DNA of 64,000 nucleotides from an uncultured delta proteobacterium (GTDB taxonomy: Bacteria; Myxococcota_A; Polyangia; Fen-1088). A program made the translations under genes and the position numbers. A model generated the notes under the pieces. The model ran no database searches, had not been told where the DNA came from, and saw only the letters and a list, made by a program, of their open reading frames with translations. This document shows positions 1 to 10,665 of this stretch, piece after piece. Position 1 is the stretch's first letter, and each line of letters begins with the position of its first letter. Where the stretch lies: assembly GCA_963796685.1 (NCBI GenBank), contig CAWCMR010000008.1, positions 512,001 through 576,000 on the forward strand, written 5' to 3'.

Positions 1-212
1 ACCTGACCGTGCCCGGCGGCATGGGCGGTCGCGAGGCCGTGGGTGTTCTGCTCGCCCTCGATCCCGAAGCCAAGGCCGTGGTATCGAGCGGATACTGCCA
101 AGATCCGGTCATGGCCAACTACCGCGACTACGGGTTCCGTGACGTTCTGGCCAAACCCTACAGCGTGCTCGACGTCAGCCGTGTGCTGTCCTCGCTGCTG
201 CGTTCCGGTTGA
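1..212 (+). CDS. C-terminal receiver (REC) domain of a hybrid sensor kinase/response regulator, 5' partial
   Basis: Frame reads LTVPGGMGG...VSSGY...LAKPY, typical of the end of a receiver domain; runs in from the window edge. Confidence 0.8.
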   Translation, partial: LTVPGGMGGREAVGVLLALDPEAKAVVSSGYCQDPVMANYRDYGFRDVLAKPYSVLDVSRVLSSLLRSG

Positions 213-263
213 CCGACGAAAGGTTGAATTCTTACGCGGCGAAAGGCATGCCGACGTGAAACC

Positions 264-1349
264 CTAGAACAGGCTGCCCTGGCCGCTGGTGCTTCGGCTG
301 GGCATGGGGAGGTGCAGGTGCTCGAAGGCAAGCGGCGTGGCTTGCCGGCCGCGCGGCGTGCGCAAGAGGAAACCCTCCTGAATCAGGTAGGGCTCGTGCA
401 CGTACTCGAGCGTGTCGCGATCTTCGGCCAGGGCGGCGGCCAGCGACTCGATGCCGACGGGACCGCCGTCGAAGCGCTCGACGATGGCGCGCAAGAACCT
501 CCGGTCGCCCTCGTCCAACCCGCGCACGTCCACACCCAGACGCTTGAGCGCGTAGTCGGCGGATTCGCACGTGACTTTGCCGTCGCCGCGCACGAGCGCA
601 AAGTCGTGAACCCGGCGCAAGATGCGATTGGCGATGCGGGGCGTGCCGCGCGCGCGGCGGCCAAGCTCCTCGGCGCCGTCGTCCGTGCAGGCGATGCCGA
701 GCAGCTTCGCCGAACGCTTGACGATGGTCGCGAGCTCGCCGGGCGCGTAGAAGTCCAGACGCTCGACGATACCGAACCTCGACAGCAACGGCGAGGTCAG
801 CTGCCCGGTGCGCGTGGTGGCACCCACCAGGGTGAAGCGTTCGATGGGTACGGTGATGGCGCTCGCGCCCGCGCCCATACCGGTGACGATCTCGATACGA
901 AAATCCTCCATGGCGGGATAGAGGCTCTCTTCGATGATGGGCTGCAGGCGGTGGATCTCGTCGATGAAGAGCACGTCCCCGCGCCCGAGCGAGGTCAGGA
1001 TGCCGGCCAGGTCGCCCTTGCGCTCGAGCGCCGGGCCCGAGGTCACGCGCGCCACCGTGCCCATCTCGTGCGCGATCACATGGGCCAAGGTCGTCTTGCC
1101 GAGGCCGGGCGGCCCGGAGAGCAGCACGTGATCGAGGGTTCCCGCGCGCTTCTTGGCGGCGGCGACGTAGACTTCCAGGTTTTCGGCCACCTTGCGCTGC
1201 CCGATGAATTCCGCGAACGAGCGCGGACGCAGGGCAGATTCCTCGTCGCCGGGCAGGGCCTGTCCGTCCGTGATCTTTTCGTCCGGCGCGACGGTTGGCT
1301 CCGGCGCCGGCGGCCCTTCGACACCCTCGTCATGCCGCCTTCGCGCCAC
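264..1349 (-). CDS. ruvB: Holliday junction branch migration helicase RuvB
   Basis: [12 protein letters not shown], Walker [35 protein letters not shown]. Confidence 0.98.
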   Translation of the reverse strand: MARRRHDEGVEGPPAPEPTVAPDEKITDGQALPGDEESALRPRSFAEFIGQRKVAENLEVYVAAAKKRAGTLDHVLLSGPPGLGKTTLAHVIAHEMGTVARVTSGPALERKGDLAGILTSLGRGDVLFIDEIHRLQPIIEESLYPAMEDFRIEIVTGMGAGASAITVPIERFTLVGATTRTGQLTSPLLSRFGIVERLDFYAPGELATIVKRSAKLLGIACTDDGAEELGRRARGTPRIANRILRRVHDFALVRGDGKVTCESADYALKRLGVDVRGLDEGDRRFLRAIVERFDGGPVGIESLAAALAEDRDTLEYVHEPYLIQEGFLLRTPRGRQATPLAFEHLHLPMPSRSTSGQGSLF

Positions 1350-1951
1350 TATTTCCTCCTCAGCGCGGCCAAGGCCTGCTTGATGAGATCCGTCACGGGG
1401 TGGCTATCGTCGAGCTTGGCCAACACCGAGTCGAACTCCGAGGGCTTGTAGCCGAGCGCCGTGAGCGCCCCATGCACCTCGCCCATGCGGCCCTCGGGAA
1501 TAGTTCCCGCCAAAGCGGCGCCCATCGCGGCAGCCTGGCCGGCACCCACCCCGATCTTGTCGCGCAGCTCGATCGAGATGCGCTCGGCGGTTTTGCGTCC
1601 CACGCCGCGGATCTTGATCAAGGTCGCGATGTCGGTCGCGCTGATGGCGCGCACGAGCTCGCCGATGGGCAGGCTCGAGAGAATCGCCAGCGCGACCTTG
1701 GGTCCTACCCCCTGCACCGAAAGCAGGGTCTCGAACACGCGACGCTCCTCGGCGTCGGCGAAACCGAAAAGTTGCATCGGCCCATCCTGCACCGTGTGGG
1801 TGTGAACGAGCAGAAACGCCGTCGCCCCGAGGGGCGGCAGCGCCCGCTGGGCGGCGGCCGTGACGGTCACCGCGTAGCCGACACCGCCGGCCTCGATCAC
1901 GACCGAGTCCGGACCACTTTCGAGCAGGGCTCCGCGCAGCGATGCAATCAT
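1349..1951 (-). CDS. ruvA: Holliday junction binding protein RuvA
   Basis: MIASLRG, GGVGY, LFGF, HhH motifs VQGVGPKVA and [19 protein letters not shown]; abuts ruvB. Confidence 0.97.
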   Translation of the reverse strand: MIASLRGALLESGPDSVVIEAGGVGYAVTVTAAAQRALPPLGATAFLLVHTHTVQDGPMQLFGFADAEERRVFETLLSVQGVGPKVALAILSSLPIGELVRAISATDIATLIKIRGVGRKTAERISIELRDKIGVGAGQAAAMGAALAGTIPEGRMGEVHGALTALGYKPSEFDSVLAKLDDSHPVTDLIKQALAALRRK

Positions 1952-1960
1952 GGCGTGACA

Positions 1961-2512
1961 TCATCGCACGCGCGGGCGGCGAGGTCGCGTTTCCTGTTCG
2001 GCCGCGACCCGTTCGGCTACGACCATGGTCCGGTGCCGGGCATGGCAGATGGCGATGGCCAGCGCATCGGCCGCGTCAGGTTCGGGCACGCGGCGCAACG
2101 AGAGTAGCGCGCGCACGAGATACCCGATTTGCTGCTTGGTCGCGGCACCGTGCCCAACGATGGTCCGCTTGACCTTGGCGGGAGCGTAGCCGGCCAGCTT
2201 GAGCCCCTTGTCGCAGACGATGAAGGTCACCGCGCCGCGCGCCTCGCCCAGGACCAGGGTCGATTGGATATTCTTACCGTAAAAGGCCTGCTCCATGGCG
2301 ACTTCGTCCGGCGCGAGCTCGTCGATGACCTCGCGCAGACCGCGCCCGATGGTGGTCAAACGCTCGGCGCGCTCCATGCGCGACGGCGCGGCGATGACCC
2401 CGCACTCGACGTAGGTCAGCCGGCCCGGACCCACCCGATCGATCACGCCATAGCCGAGGCGCAGCGATCCGGGATCGATGCCCAAAATGCGAACGCGGCC
2501 GGACGCCGGCAT
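1961..2512 (-). CDS. ruvC: Crossover junction endodeoxyribonuclease RuvC
   Basis: ILGIDPGS, GEARG, GHGAATKQQI, DAADALAIAICH; start set at ATG 2512. Confidence 0.96.
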   Translation of the reverse strand: MPASGRVRILGIDPGSLRLGYGVIDRVGPGRLTYVECGVIAAPSRMERAERLTTIGRGLREVIDELAPDEVAMEQAFYGKNIQSTLVLGEARGAVTFIVCDKGLKLAGYAPAKVKRTIVGHGAATKQQIGYLVRALLSLRRVPEPDAADALAIAICHARHRTMVVAERVAAEQETRPRRPRVR

Positions 2513-2522
2513 CGGGGTCCGG

Positions 2523-3269
2523 TCAGTCGGCGTCACCCAGCTCGGATTCGTCGACATCCAGGTTCGAATACACGTTCTGGACGTCGTCGTTGTCTTCCAA
2601 GGCGTCGAGGAGCTTCAAGGCGACCTCGGCGTCGCGGCCGGTGAGGTGAACTTTGTTTTGCGGCACCATGGCGACTTCGGCGGAGACCGGATCGGGCATT
2701 CCGGCGGCCTTGAGCCCGTCACGGATGCGCTCGAGCTCCTTGGGCTCGGTGATGACCGTCAGGACGTCGTCCTCGGTGCGAACGTCGTCGGCGCCCAGCT
2801 CGATGGCCGCATCGGTGACCTTGTTCTCGTCGACCGTGGCCTTGTCGTACGCCACGATGCCCAGCTTCTTGAACATGTACGCCACCGAGCCCGAGCTGCC
2901 GAGGTTGCCGTTGCCCTTGGTCAAGATGTTGCGAATCTCGCCCGTGGTGCGGTTGCGGTTGTCGGTCATGATCTCCATCAGAATGGCCGTTCCGCCGGGA
3001 CCGTAGGCCTCGAAGTTGAACTCCTCGTAGTTCACGCCCTCGAGCTCGCCGGTGCCCTTCTTGATGGCGCGATCGATGGTGTCGTTGGGCATGTTCACCG
3101 AACGTGCCTTGTCGACGGCCGCGCGCAAACGCGGATTGCCGTTGACGTCACCGCTCGAGCGCGCGGAGATCGTGATCTCTTTGATCACCTTCGTCCAAAC
3201 CTTGGACTTCTTGGCGTCGGACGCGCCCTTCTTGTGCTTGATCTTCGACCATCTGTTGTGACCGGACAT
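2523..3269 (-). CDS. yebC: YebC/PmpR family protein
   Basis: MSGHNRWSKIKHKKG, EAYGPGG, TDNRNRT, DDVQNVYSN; usual position upstream of ruvCAB. Confidence 0.96.
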   Translation of the reverse strand: MSGHNRWSKIKHKKGASDAKKSKVWTKVIKEITISARSSGDVNGNPRLRAAVDKARSVNMPNDTIDRAIKKGTGELEGVNYEEFNFEAYGPGGTAILMEIMTDNRNRTTGEIRNILTKGNGNLGSSGSVAYMFKKLGIVAYDKATVDENKVTDAAIELGADDVRTEDDVLTVITEPKELERIRDGLKAAGMPDPVSAEVAMVPQNKVHLTGRDAEVALKLLDALEDNDDVQNVYSNLDVDESELGDAD

Positions 3270-3358
3270 GGGCGACTATCTAACATCTTTCTGGCCAAAA
3301 ATCGCCAAGAGCCAAGCACTGCCGCGATTGGCGCAAGCCGTCGCGAGACACGGGCCGG

Positions 3359-4576
3359 CTACCAACCCGGCGTGGGTGCGCTGGGGGTCTTGCTCCACGC
3401 GTCCGGGCCGTCGCAGGCCTCGGGCGACGAACGTTTGACGCTCTTGCCGGACCATGCCGTGGCGCTGACATCGACCCAGCCGCCGTATTGGCTGATGACG
3501 AACCCGTCGGGCGTGAGCAAGCGCACCGGCTCGCCCGCGTTGGCGAGCCCATCGCCGGCCAGCCGCCCTGGCACCCTGACGACCACGGCGCCATCGCGGG
3601 GTGCGGGATCCTTGCCATCGGCGGGGTCATACAACTCGGGAACCACCACGGCGAAGGCCCCGGCCGGCAGAGACGCCTCGGGCAGCACGTCGCTGCCCGC
3701 CTTGTCGGCGAGCACGAGACCGCCGAGCGCCAGGGCCTCGCTGCCTGCATTGTAGATCTCGACGAATTCCTGCGTGTTCTCGGAGCCCGCGGGATTGGCC
3801 AGGACCTCGGTGATAGCAAGGCGCGGAAGAAGCGGCGGCAGATCGATGCCGACCGGTGCCGAAAGGGCGCTGTTGCCGGCGCGATCGACGGCGTGCAGCA
3901 CCGCTTCGGCGCGCACCCCGGCGGGCAATTCCGGCAGGCGTTCCGCGAGGTCGAGGGTCGTGGCAAACCCATCCGTCGAAATCGTCGCCTGGCTGTCGCC
4001 CGCGGTCAGGTCGATTTCGGCGCGAACGATTTCATCGGCGGCCACATGGGCCGACAGACAACCTTCATTGACCTCCACCGTAAAGGCCTCGATTCTGGGC
4101 GCGAACGGATCCGCCTCGGCCCCGGTCGTGAAGGAGCCGGCGCTCCCGGTTGGCGTCGGTTTCCCGTCGAGAAACTGCAAGGCGCCCGGAAGAACTTCGA
4201 AGGTGTAGAGGGTCGAGGGCAGAAGCGTTGCTCCAGGAGCGATTTGGTAGCAACTCCCAGCACAGGGCACCGCCAGGCCGAGCACCAGGGGCAACCCGTC
4301 GCCGGCCGCAGGTCTGAGCGTGAAGGGCAAGCCCGTTCCCTCGGCCTGTACGTCCTCGGTGAACCGCACCACGATGGCGGCCAGGTTGGGCGGAATGTCC
4401 GTCGACCCCGAGGGAGGCTCGACCAACACGGCGGCCAAGGGGTCGGCTGCAGGGCTCGACAGGGAGCCGCTGGCGGTCTCCGGGGCCTGAGCAGCGGTCT
4501 GTTCGCTCTTCAGGTCGGTCTCCGGAGTGCAGGCCAGCGCGACAACACATGGAAGCAAACAATTGCGGGTGCGCAT
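3359..4576 (-). CDS. Lipoprotein with Ig-like (Big_5-type) and C-terminal lamin-tail domains
   Basis: Lipobox VVALAC; PPSGSTDIPPN..IVVRFTE (Ig-like); ITEVLANPAG..EFVEIYN (lamin-tail signature). Confidence 0.75.
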   Translation of the reverse strand: MRTRNCLLPCVVALACTPETDLKSEQTAAQAPETASGSLSSPAADPLAAVLVEPPSGSTDIPPNLAAIVVRFTEDVQAEGTGLPFTLRPAAGDGLPLVLGLAVPCAGSCYQIAPGATLLPSTLYTFEVLPGALQFLDGKPTPTGSAGSFTTGAEADPFAPRIEAFTVEVNEGCLSAHVAADEIVRAEIDLTAGDSQATISTDGFATTLDLAERLPELPAGVRAEAVLHAVDRAGNSALSAPVGIDLPPLLPRLAITEVLANPAGSENTQEFVEIYNAGSEALALGGLVLADKAGSDVLPEASLPAGAFAVVVPELYDPADGKDPAPRDGAVVVRVPGRLAGDGLANAGEPVRLLTPDGFVISQYGGWVDVSATAWSGKSVKRSSPEACDGPDAWSKTPSAPTPGW

Positions 4577-4756
4577 GCCCGCACTATCGGTAATGGCCGC
4601 CCAGAGTTGCGTGCTTGCCTGCTTGCGCAAGATCCCGATTCTTGTGCGGTATTCGCGCTGCACCGGCGTCGGTGTGGGTATCTGACCTACCGCAACAAAG
4701 TTCCCCACTGCTTTGGCGCAACGGGGTATGATGCCGGCCAACCTTTGGAGGTCCTA

Positions 4757-5560
4757 ATGTCCCGCACGCAGATGCTCTCTTCCGCCGCCCTTCCCCTGCT
4801 GTTCGCCTCGCTGTTGCCGGCGGCCGCGATGGCGCAATCCGACCAGCAAGGCTATGCCCAACCAGGGTACGCGGCTCCGCCGCCAGGGTACGCGGCTCCA
4901 CCGCCAGGGTACACGGCTCCACCGCCAGCGCAGTACGCCCCCCCTCCGGGGCCGCCTCCAGGGTACTACGCTCCCCAGCCTTACCCGTCGCAAGCCTACG
5001 CACCCGCCGCGCCGGTTGGCTATCACGAGCACGACGGTTTCTACATGCGCGCTCTCCTCGGCCCTGGCTACATGCACAACAGCGCGAGCTATGCTGGCTC
5101 TTCCCTATCCATCTCGGGCGTGGGCGCAGCTTTCGGCGTGGCCTTCGGTGGCGTCGTGTCCAAGAATCTTGTCATCTACGGCGAGCTGACTGGAACGTCG
5201 GTGTCGGATCCGACCGTCAGCGACGGCACGAACTCGGCCACCGCGAGCGGTGTAACCGCCACCGTGGCTGGCTTTGGACCGGGCGTAGCCTACTACCTCG
5301 ACGATTACAACCTCTACTTCTCGGGCACCCTTCTGTTCAACCGCCTGTCCATTAGTGACTCGAACAGCAACGACACCCTCGGCGAAACCGACATCGGGTT
5401 CGGCGCCCAGTTCGCCTTGGGCAAAGAGTGGTGGATCAGCACGGACTGGGGACTGGGTGCAGCCTTGCAGGTCGGAGGTTCCTCCATCAAGGAAAAGGAC
5501 GCCGACTACCGCTGGACCAGCATCACGGCCGCGCTGATGTTCTCGGCGACCTACAACTAG
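4757..5560 (+). CDS. Outer-membrane beta-barrel-like protein with Pro/Tyr-rich N-terminal region
   Basis: GGAGG RBS, signal peptide, GYAAPPP repeats, HEHDGFYMR then amphipathic strands ending LMFSATYN. Confidence 0.75.
   Translation: MSRTQMLSSAALPLLFASLLPAAAMAQSDQQGYAQPGYAAPPPGYAAPPPGYTAPPPAQYAPPPGPPPGYYAPQPYPSQAYAPAAPVGYHEHDGFYMRALLGPGYMHNSASYAGSSLSISGVGAAFGVAFGGVVSKNLVIYGELTGTSVSDPTVSDGTNSATASGVTATVAGFGPGVAYYLDDYNLYFSGTLLFNRLSISDSNSNDTLGETDIGFGAQFALGKEWWISTDWGLGAALQVGGSSIKEKDADYRWTSITAALMFSATYN
4862..4927 (+). repeat. 21-bp coding tandem repeat x3 (GYAAPPP)
   Basis: ccagggtacgcggctccgccg / ccagggtacgcggctccaccg / ccagggtacacggctccaccg. Confidence 0.9.
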
Positions 5561-5586
5561 GAACGATCCTTGCTGGGCTTGATGGC

Positions 5587-6213
5587 ATGACAACCCGCTT
5601 CCCCCTTCGTCGGTGTGTCTTCGCCGTATTGCTCGCCTCGGTCCTCGGGGGCTGCTCGTTCGCGTTCGTGGACGGGCCGCCCACCATGCACAAGCAGTTG
5701 CCCTACTTCGAGTGCACGTCGAGCAAGGCCTGGCCCACGGTCGACCTCGTGGTCGGGGGCATAACGGGGATCGAAGCCGTGGCCCTTCTGTCCGACAACT
5801 CGCTCTACTCGGACTCGAGAACCCAGGCCGCGATCGCCGCCGGGGAGGCGGCCCTGTTCGTGGCCTCGGCGGTGTACGGCTACGAAAAGACCTCCGACTG
5901 CCGGGAAGCCAAGGACGAGCTCATGCAGCGACTCTATCGGCAACCGGCAGGCCCGGGGTACGGGCCTGGATTCGGCGGCTCGCCCTACCAACCGCCACCC
6001 TACGATCCTTGGGTTTCACCCGCGCCTGGGGCCTTTGCCAAGCCGCACGTTTCGCCAGGCCCGAGCTCCCCCGCCCGCGGGCAATCCCCCACCCGCCGAG
6101 ACGCCGCCGGACGCACCGGACGGTCCCGGGGTCAAAGGGGACCGGTAATGTCACGACATTCCTGTCCGGAGCACGACCAGTTTGTCGCGGGTCTTGCCAA
6201 GTTCGCGTGCTGA
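5587..6213 (+). CDS. Hypothetical lipoprotein; the true stop may be TAA 6146-6148 if the C-run at 6068-6072 has one extra base
   Basis: Lipobox VLGGC, Cys pattern, hydrophobic helices; Pro-rich tail continues naturally (PPAGNPPPAETPPDAPDG) in the shifted frame. Confidence 0.7.
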   Translation: MTTRFPLRRCVFAVLLASVLGGCSFAFVDGPPTMHKQLPYFECTSSKAWPTVDLVVGGITGIEAVALLSDNSLYSDSRTQAAIAAGEAALFVASAVYGYEKTSDCREAKDELMQRLYRQPAGPGYGPGFGGSPYQPPPYDPWVSPAPGAFAKPHVSPGPSSPARGQSPTRRDAAGRTGRSRGQRGPVMSRHSCPEHDQFVAGLAKFAC

Positions 6214-6227
6214 ACACGGAGGTTCCC

Positions 6228-7244
6228 ATGGTCCATGGCTTGCAAGCTGAATCGACTGCCCTCATGACAAAACGTTTGCCTTTCGTGCTTGCCTGCATCG
6301 CCTTCGCCGCCGCAACCGCGCTGCCTCGACCCTCGCCGGCTGCCCCGCGCACCGTCGCGGTGTTTCAGGTTTCCGGCGACAATGTCGCCCCCGAGATCCT
6401 GCAGGCCACGCGCGAGCTGCTCATCGATCACATGCAACGCACCGGCCTTTACAACGTGGTCCAACCACCGTCCGCATCCCAGGGCGCGGCCGAGCCGACA
6501 GCGACCCAGGCGGCGCAACAGGCGGCGGCGCTCGGCGCCGAGCAGGCCATCGTCCTGCGCGTCACGCACTTCGGAAATTCCGCGCGCATCCGCCTCAATG
6601 CCTATGCTGTGCCATCGGGGCAAATCGTCTATTGGGACAGCATCGCGATCTCGGGCGGCCCCGACGAGCTCGACACCGTCGTGCAAAGGTTGGTTCACGC
6701 GATGGTGACGGGCAAGCCGGTTCGTGAAAGCGCGGAGATCGACACCGTCACAGACAAAGAGGGCCAGAGGCTCAACCGTCGCAATGCCAACAAATCCTTC
6801 GGTCTCCACCTGTTCACGCTCTTGCCGCTGGCCACGGCGAACGACTCGTTCAGCGCGATTCCGGGGGGCGGAATCTTCTGGCTCTACGACGCACGATCGT
6901 GGATGGCCGACATCTCCTTCGACCTCGGAGGTCGCGAGGGCCACGTCTTCTACGACGCCGCCATCGGTGGCTACTACCCGTTCTCGCGCGAAGACTTCAC
7001 CCCGTACGTCGGCGGGCTCGTTCGCCTGGCGTACATGGAGCTCGGGGGTCAAGGCGCGGGCGGCATGACCCTGCAACCGACCGCAGGCGTTCTCCTCGGC
7101 CGGTTGTCGACGGTCCAGCTTCGCGCCGAGGTAGGGTACTTCTTCAACACCTTTGGCGAGCGCGGCAAGGTGACGTCCGACGATCCGACGCCGGGACAAC
7201 ATTTCGGCCACGGATTCTCCCTGAGCATCGGGCTTGGGTTCTGA
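6228..7244 (+). CDS. Secreted protein with N-terminal alpha/beta domain and C-terminal beta-barrel-like region
   Basis: GGAGG RBS before ATG 6228, signal peptide, terminal aromatic strand FSLSIGLGF. Confidence 0.75.
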   Translation: MVHGLQAESTALMTKRLPFVLACIAFAAATALPRPSPAAPRTVAVFQVSGDNVAPEILQATRELLIDHMQRTGLYNVVQPPSASQGAAEPTATQAAQQAAALGAEQAIVLRVTHFGNSARIRLNAYAVPSGQIVYWDSIAISGGPDELDTVVQRLVHAMVTGKPVRESAEIDTVTDKEGQRLNRRNANKSFGLHLFTLLPLATANDSFSAIPGGGIFWLYDARSWMADISFDLGGREGHVFYDAAIGGYYPFSREDFTPYVGGLVRLAYMELGGQGAGGMTLQPTAGVLLGRLSTVQLRAEVGYFFNTFGERGKVTSDDPTPGQHFGHGFSLSIGLGF

Positions 7245-7245
7245 C

Positions 7246-7269
7246 ATCGCGGGAACCCAATCCCGCGAT
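7246..7269 (+). terminator. Stem-loop directly after the stop codon (possible terminator)
   Basis: atcgcggga-acccaa-tcccgcgat, perfect 9-bp stem; no clear U-tract. Confidence 0.5.
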
Positions 7270-7423
7270 AGCCGCATAAGATCCCCGGTTGTAATGCCGT
7301 CGGCCACGGCCATGGCCATGGCTAGGGCAAGCCGTGTACGTCCACGTCACCCCGCCATTCCGATTCTGGAGCAGGTCTGAGCCGGTTTGGGTTGCTCGTG
7401 GGCTCTTACAATTGAGGTGTTCC

Positions 7424-9310
7424 ATGAAGCGCGCTTGGATTCGGCTTTTCGGGGCTGCGTTGCTTGTAATTTCGAGTCATGCATCTTTGGCGCTGGCCGC
7501 CGACGTAACTTGCTACGTCGACAGCGTGGCGGGTGACGACGCCAACGACGGTCTGTCGGAGACGACAGCGAGGGCAAGCTGGTCGAAGATTCCATCCGCC
7601 TGCACCATCGTCAAATACAAGCGCGGCAGCGTCTTCAACCTGGGGGCCGGGGACACGGTCTATCCTCCCAAGGTGGCGACGGACGGTGGTACCTCGTACG
7701 CAACGAGCAAGATCACCACCCTCACCAACTACGGCGATGCGAGCTTGCCGCTGCCCAAGTTCATCAAACAACGTCAATTCGGCAGCGGAGGAATGATCAG
7801 CGCCTACCAGGGCAACCTGACCATCGACGGGCTCTACTTCGATGGAACCGAGAGCTCCGTGGCCATGAAGACCATCTCGCAGGGTATCGTCATCATGGGC
7901 GGGAACAACATGAAGATCCTGAACAACGAGATCACGAATTCCGATATCGGCATCATGCTTTCGGGAACCGGCTCTCTGGTTCAGGGCAACTATGTGCACG
8001 ATCTGCACGTGGTGATCGATGCGCCCCCCGGGGTCGATCCGAATTTGGTGGGTGGCGCCGAAGGTATTTTCGTGAATGCCTCGGACAACGAGGTGGCATA
8101 CAACACCTTCATCGACTGCAGCGACTACGCGGAGTGGACCGGCGGGGATTGCGACGGCGGCGCCACCGAGGTCACCGTGCCTGGGGGTGTTGGAGGCACC
8201 GTGAGCGGACTCAAGATCCACCATAACTTCGGCTACAACAACTGCGGCTTCTTCGAGGTCTCGAGCATGGGCAATCTGGTTGGGGTCGGAGGCGGGATCG
8301 CCGACGCGGGCGGGGTCAAGGGCCTGTTTGCCGACTCCACGTTCTACAACAACGTCAGCATCGACAGCGGCTGGATCTCGCTTCTCCAGGTCAGCAACAC
8401 GGATCTGAAGGATATCAAGTGGGAGAACAACACCTTCGTCCAGCACAAGGGATCCGTCAACGCGGGCATCATGGCGATCGTGTACACGGCCTGCTCGTCG
8501 GGCATGTGCGGCGGTGCGCTGCAGCCGAACACCGTGTTCTGGACCAACAACCTCTGGGTATTCGACGGGGTCAACCAGGTGGCGCCGGACAAGAACTTCG
8601 TGCAGACCACGAATGTCATCACCAAGACGGATCCTGGCTTCGTCAATCTCCAGGGCATGACCGCCGCCGACTACGACTTGACCGCCAGCGCGACCACGGT
8701 CATCGACCAGGGGACCAAGCTCGACGACATCACACTCGATTTCCTCAATCGGCCGGTTCCGGATCCGACGAGCGGAAAGCCCGACATCGGGGCATTCGAG
8801 TACAACTCGGGCCCGGCCACCACGCCGCCACCCGTGTACACGAACGGGCCCATCAAACCAAGCCATGGCAATCTCATTGGACAGGGCGGACAATCGGGCA
8901 GCGGAGGTGCAGGCGGCGCCGCCACGAACCCGGCAGGAACGGGGGGCGCGACGACGGTGCCCGTGGGTAGCGGAGGGAATACGACGGTGCCGAAGGGAAC
9001 GGGCGGCTCGACGTCCGTACCGAGCGGCACGGGTGGAGCCACGCCAGGCTCGGGGGGCCGAACCGGGAGCAGCGGCGCGGGTGGCTCTGGTGGCACCACG
9101 ACGGCTCCACCGCCGGCAGGTTCGGGCGGCAGCAGCGTGACGTCGAACGGCGGTTCCGACGGGGGCGGCGCACAGGGCGCGGGCGGACAAGCAGCCGGCA
9201 AGAGCGGATGCAGTTGTCGCCTGGATCGACAGGAGCGCGGTTCCGGCCTATGGGCTGGCCTGCTCGGCTTCGCCTTGATTGCCTTGCGACGTCGCGGCCG
9301 CCGGCGTTAG
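7424..9310 (+). CDS. Secreted right-handed beta-helix (pectin-lyase-like) protein with MYXO-CTERM-type anchor
   Basis: Signal peptide, YVDSVAGDDANDGLS, Asn-ladder repeats, DPGFVN...PDIGAFEY, Gly/Thr linker, KSGCSC-hydrophobic-RRRGRRR tail. Confidence 0.85.
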   Translation: MKRAWIRLFGAALLVISSHASLALAADVTCYVDSVAGDDANDGLSETTARASWSKIPSACTIVKYKRGSVFNLGAGDTVYPPKVATDGGTSYATSKITTLTNYGDASLPLPKFIKQRQFGSGGMISAYQGNLTIDGLYFDGTESSVAMKTISQGIVIMGGNNMKILNNEITNSDIGIMLSGTGSLVQGNYVHDLHVVIDAPPGVDPNLVGGAEGIFVNASDNEVAYNTFIDCSDYAEWTGGDCDGGATEVTVPGGVGGTVSGLKIHHNFGYNNCGFFEVSSMGNLVGVGGGIADAGGVKGLFADSTFYNNVSIDSGWISLLQVSNTDLKDIKWENNTFVQHKGSVNAGIMAIVYTACSSGMCGGALQPNTVFWTNNLWVFDGVNQVAPDKNFVQTTNVITKTDPGFVNLQGMTAADYDLTASATTVIDQGTKLDDITLDFLNRPVPDPTSGKPDIGAFEYNSGPATTPPPVYTNGPIKPSHGNLIGQGGQSGSGGAGGAATNPAGTGGATTVPVGSGGNTTVPKGTGGSTSVPSGTGGATPGSGGRTGSSGAGGSGGTTTAPPPAGSGGSSVTSNGGSDGGGAQGAGGQAAGKSGCSCRLDRQERGSGLWAGLLGFALIALRRRGRRR

Positions 9311-9341
9311 TCCACAGGCTCGCCCAGCACCTGGCGATCGG

Positions 9342-10619
9342 ATGCGCCAACGACTATCCTTTGCTCGTTTGAAACCCACCCCACCCCGGTCCACCGAGCG
9401 GCCGCCGGATCCGTCCCACGGCCCCGGTGACGAGTCGCGGCCGCTTGGTGCGTATGTGCACTTCCCCTTCTGCGGCTCGCGCTGCCCCTACTGCGACTTC
9501 GCCGTGGCGGTCCGGCCTCGGATCCCGCACGACGAATACGCCGACGCCGTGCTGGCCGAGCTGCGGGTGCGCACGCCGTGGTGGCGAGGAAGCTCGAAGG
9601 AACCTTCGCGATTGGTCTCGATCTACTTCGGCGGGGGCACGCCGGGACTGTGGCGGGCGGACGCCCTCGGCCGCGTGCTCGCGGACGTGCGACAGGCATT
9701 TCTGGGCGGTGCCGATCTGGAGATCACCGTCGAGGCCAACCCCGGAGAGCTCGACGCCGAGAATCTGCACGAGCTACGCGCCCAGGGCGCGAATCGCCTG
9801 TCCTTCGGCGCACAGGCGTTTCAAGACCGCTTGCTCGAGCGCATCGGGCGCAGGCATGAAGCCGCGGCGATCCCGCGGGGATTCGAAACGGCGCGCGCGG
9901 CGGGCTTCGACAATCTGTGCGCGGATCTGATGTTCGGATTGCCCGACCAGACCATGGACGACTGGCGCTCGTCCCTGACCGCTCTGTGCGAGCTCGGCCC
10001 CGAGCACATCACCGCCTACGCGCTGACGGTCGAGTCAGGCACGCGCTTCGGCGCGCTGGAACGCTCGGGCAAGCTTGCCCGGCCCGGCGATGACCTGGTC
10101 GCAGCCATGTACTCCCTCTGCCACGACATGCTGACCGCGGCCGGCTACGAGCACTACGAGATCTCCTCCTACGCACGCCCCGGCCGTCGCAGCGTGCACA
10201 ACAGTCTGTACTGGACCATGGGCGCCTATGTCGGCCTCGGGGTCTCGGCCGCCTCCTTCCGGCCGCTCACGACCGGCGCGGGCTGGCGATTCTCCAATCC
10301 ACGCTCGGTCGGCACGTATCTGCGCGACGCCAACGCCAACGCCGGTGCCGTGCCGCCCGAACAGGTCGAGCTGCGCTCGTTGGCTCAACTCGAGGATGAA
10401 GCCCTGTGGCTCGGTCTGCGCATGTCGGATGGCGTGGATCGACGCGCGCACGAGCAGCGCTACGTCCATGACCCACTCGCCTTGCCCGAGCGCAGCGCCG
10501 CGGCGGAATCCTGCGCTGCCGCGGGTTGGCTGGAGGTCACGCCGGAGCGGCTATGTCTCACGACCGCGGGTTTCCTCTTCGCCGACGAAGTGGCGGTCCG
10601 CCTGGGGCGCCGAACCTGA
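9342..10619 (+). CDS. hemW: Radical SAM heme chaperone HemW (HemN-like)
   Basis: YVHFPFCGSRCPYCDF (CxxxCxxC), YFGGGTP, EITVEANP, DLMFGLP, YEHYEISSY; upstream of hrcA. Confidence 0.92.
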   Translation: MRQRLSFARLKPTPPRSTERPPDPSHGPGDESRPLGAYVHFPFCGSRCPYCDFAVAVRPRIPHDEYADAVLAELRVRTPWWRGSSKEPSRLVSIYFGGGTPGLWRADALGRVLADVRQAFLGGADLEITVEANPGELDAENLHELRAQGANRLSFGAQAFQDRLLERIGRRHEAAAIPRGFETARAAGFDNLCADLMFGLPDQTMDDWRSSLTALCELGPEHITAYALTVESGTRFGALERSGKLARPGDDLVAAMYSLCHDMLTAAGYEHYEISSYARPGRRSVHNSLYWTMGAYVGLGVSAASFRPLTTGAGWRFSNPRSVGTYLRDANANAGAVPPEQVELRSLAQLEDEALWLGLRMSDGVDRRAHEQRYVHDPLALPERSAAAESCAAAGWLEVTPERLCLTTAGFLFADEVAVRLGRRT

Positions 10620-10665
10620 TCCATCGGCCTTGGCGACTGCGCGTTTTTGGGGTTAGATCAAGGTC